Shown here one piece after another: positions 63,368 to 64,000 of a DNA stretch of 64,000 bases. Source of the DNA: Gekko japonicus (Eukaryota). The position numbers were made by a program, and so were the translations under genes. The DNA lies in contig NW_015167069.1 in NCBI RefSeq assembly GCF_001447785.1, forward strand, positions 575,374 through 639,373, in the 5' to 3' direction. The notes beneath the pieces were generated by a model. It did not search any database and was not told where the DNA came from. It saw nothing but the letters and a program-made list of their open reading frames with translations. How positions within the stretch are numbered: position 1 is the first letter of the stretch; the number at the start of each line of letters is the position of its first letter.

Positions 63368-64000
63368 GATTTATTTATTTATTTATTTTATTTCATTTAT
63401 ACCCCGCCCTCCCCGCATGCGGGCTCAGGGCGGCTTACACGGCACAACAGTGCAGTAAACATAACACATTAAAACAGTTTAGGCACACAGGTGCGGTAAA
63501 ATTACAGTTATCCACTTAAAACACAATTTGATCTTACCGGATGCATTAATAGTTAAAAAATACCAACTCGTTATTCTAACTGCCCGTGAGGCCAACATAG
63601 CACGATGGTGGTAATAGAGGTGGCGGCGGCTCCTACTCAAAAGCCTCACGGAAGAGCTCCGTCTTGCAGGCCCTGCGGAACTGTAAAAGGTCCCGCAGGG
63701 CCCTGATCTCCTCCGGGAGCTCATTCCACCAGGTAGGAGCCGCCACCGAAAAGGACCTGGCCCTTGTGGCAGCAAGCCTGGCCTCTTTAGGCCCCGGAGT
63801 CACTAGGCGGTGTTGTGACCCCGACCGAAGTGCTCTTTGGGGCCTGTATGGGGAAAGGTGGTCCCTCAGGTATGCCGGACCCTGGCCATGTAGGGCTTTA
63901 AAGGTAAGCACCAGCACTTTGAAGCGAATCCGGAACGCTATAGGCAGCCAGTGCAGCGCTTTCAGTACAGGCTGGATGTGATCCCATTTCGGGACCCCCA
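63368..64000 (-). mobile_element. Young L2 LINE 3' part (continues past the window end)
   Basis: Open frame VLTFKALHGQGPAYLRDHL..RSFSVAAPTWWNELP; CpG retained; (TAAA)n tail. Confidence 0.9.

Overview
Eukaryotic, repeat-rich, non-genic DNA (intergenic or large-intron). The SINE set (Sauria SINE, Squam3-like CORE SINEs with CTT/CTC tails, 5S-derived SINEs) points to a squamate reptile, most likely a gecko (inference). There are three short N gaps. I recognise no host protein-coding exon, intact RNA gene or CRISPR array; nearly all ORF-track entries are chance ORFs or transposon relics. Recognisable coding remnants are an RTEX LINE (RT + CCHC), an L1 ORF1, an Ngaro-type tyrosine recombinase plus SGNH hydrolase, a PIF/Harbinger transposase fragment, and RTE, CR1 and L2 fragments. 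The most unusual structures are: (1) a 2.8-kb element with ~28-bp TIRs and a 12-bp TSD whose arms are built from a ~177-bp dimeric satellite and whose middle holds older genomic debris (foldback/Pack-MULE-like); (2) two elements flanked by very long direct repeats (137 bp around an RTEX LINE, 196 bp around a Harbinger-type MITE); (3) a complete TSD-flanked ORF1-only 'half-L1'; (4) a solo LTR with cell-cycle-promoter-like architecture; (5) a perfect 98-bp hairpin insertion with a 14-bp TSD. Family names come from motif recognition, not database searches. Boundaries without a TSD are approximate.
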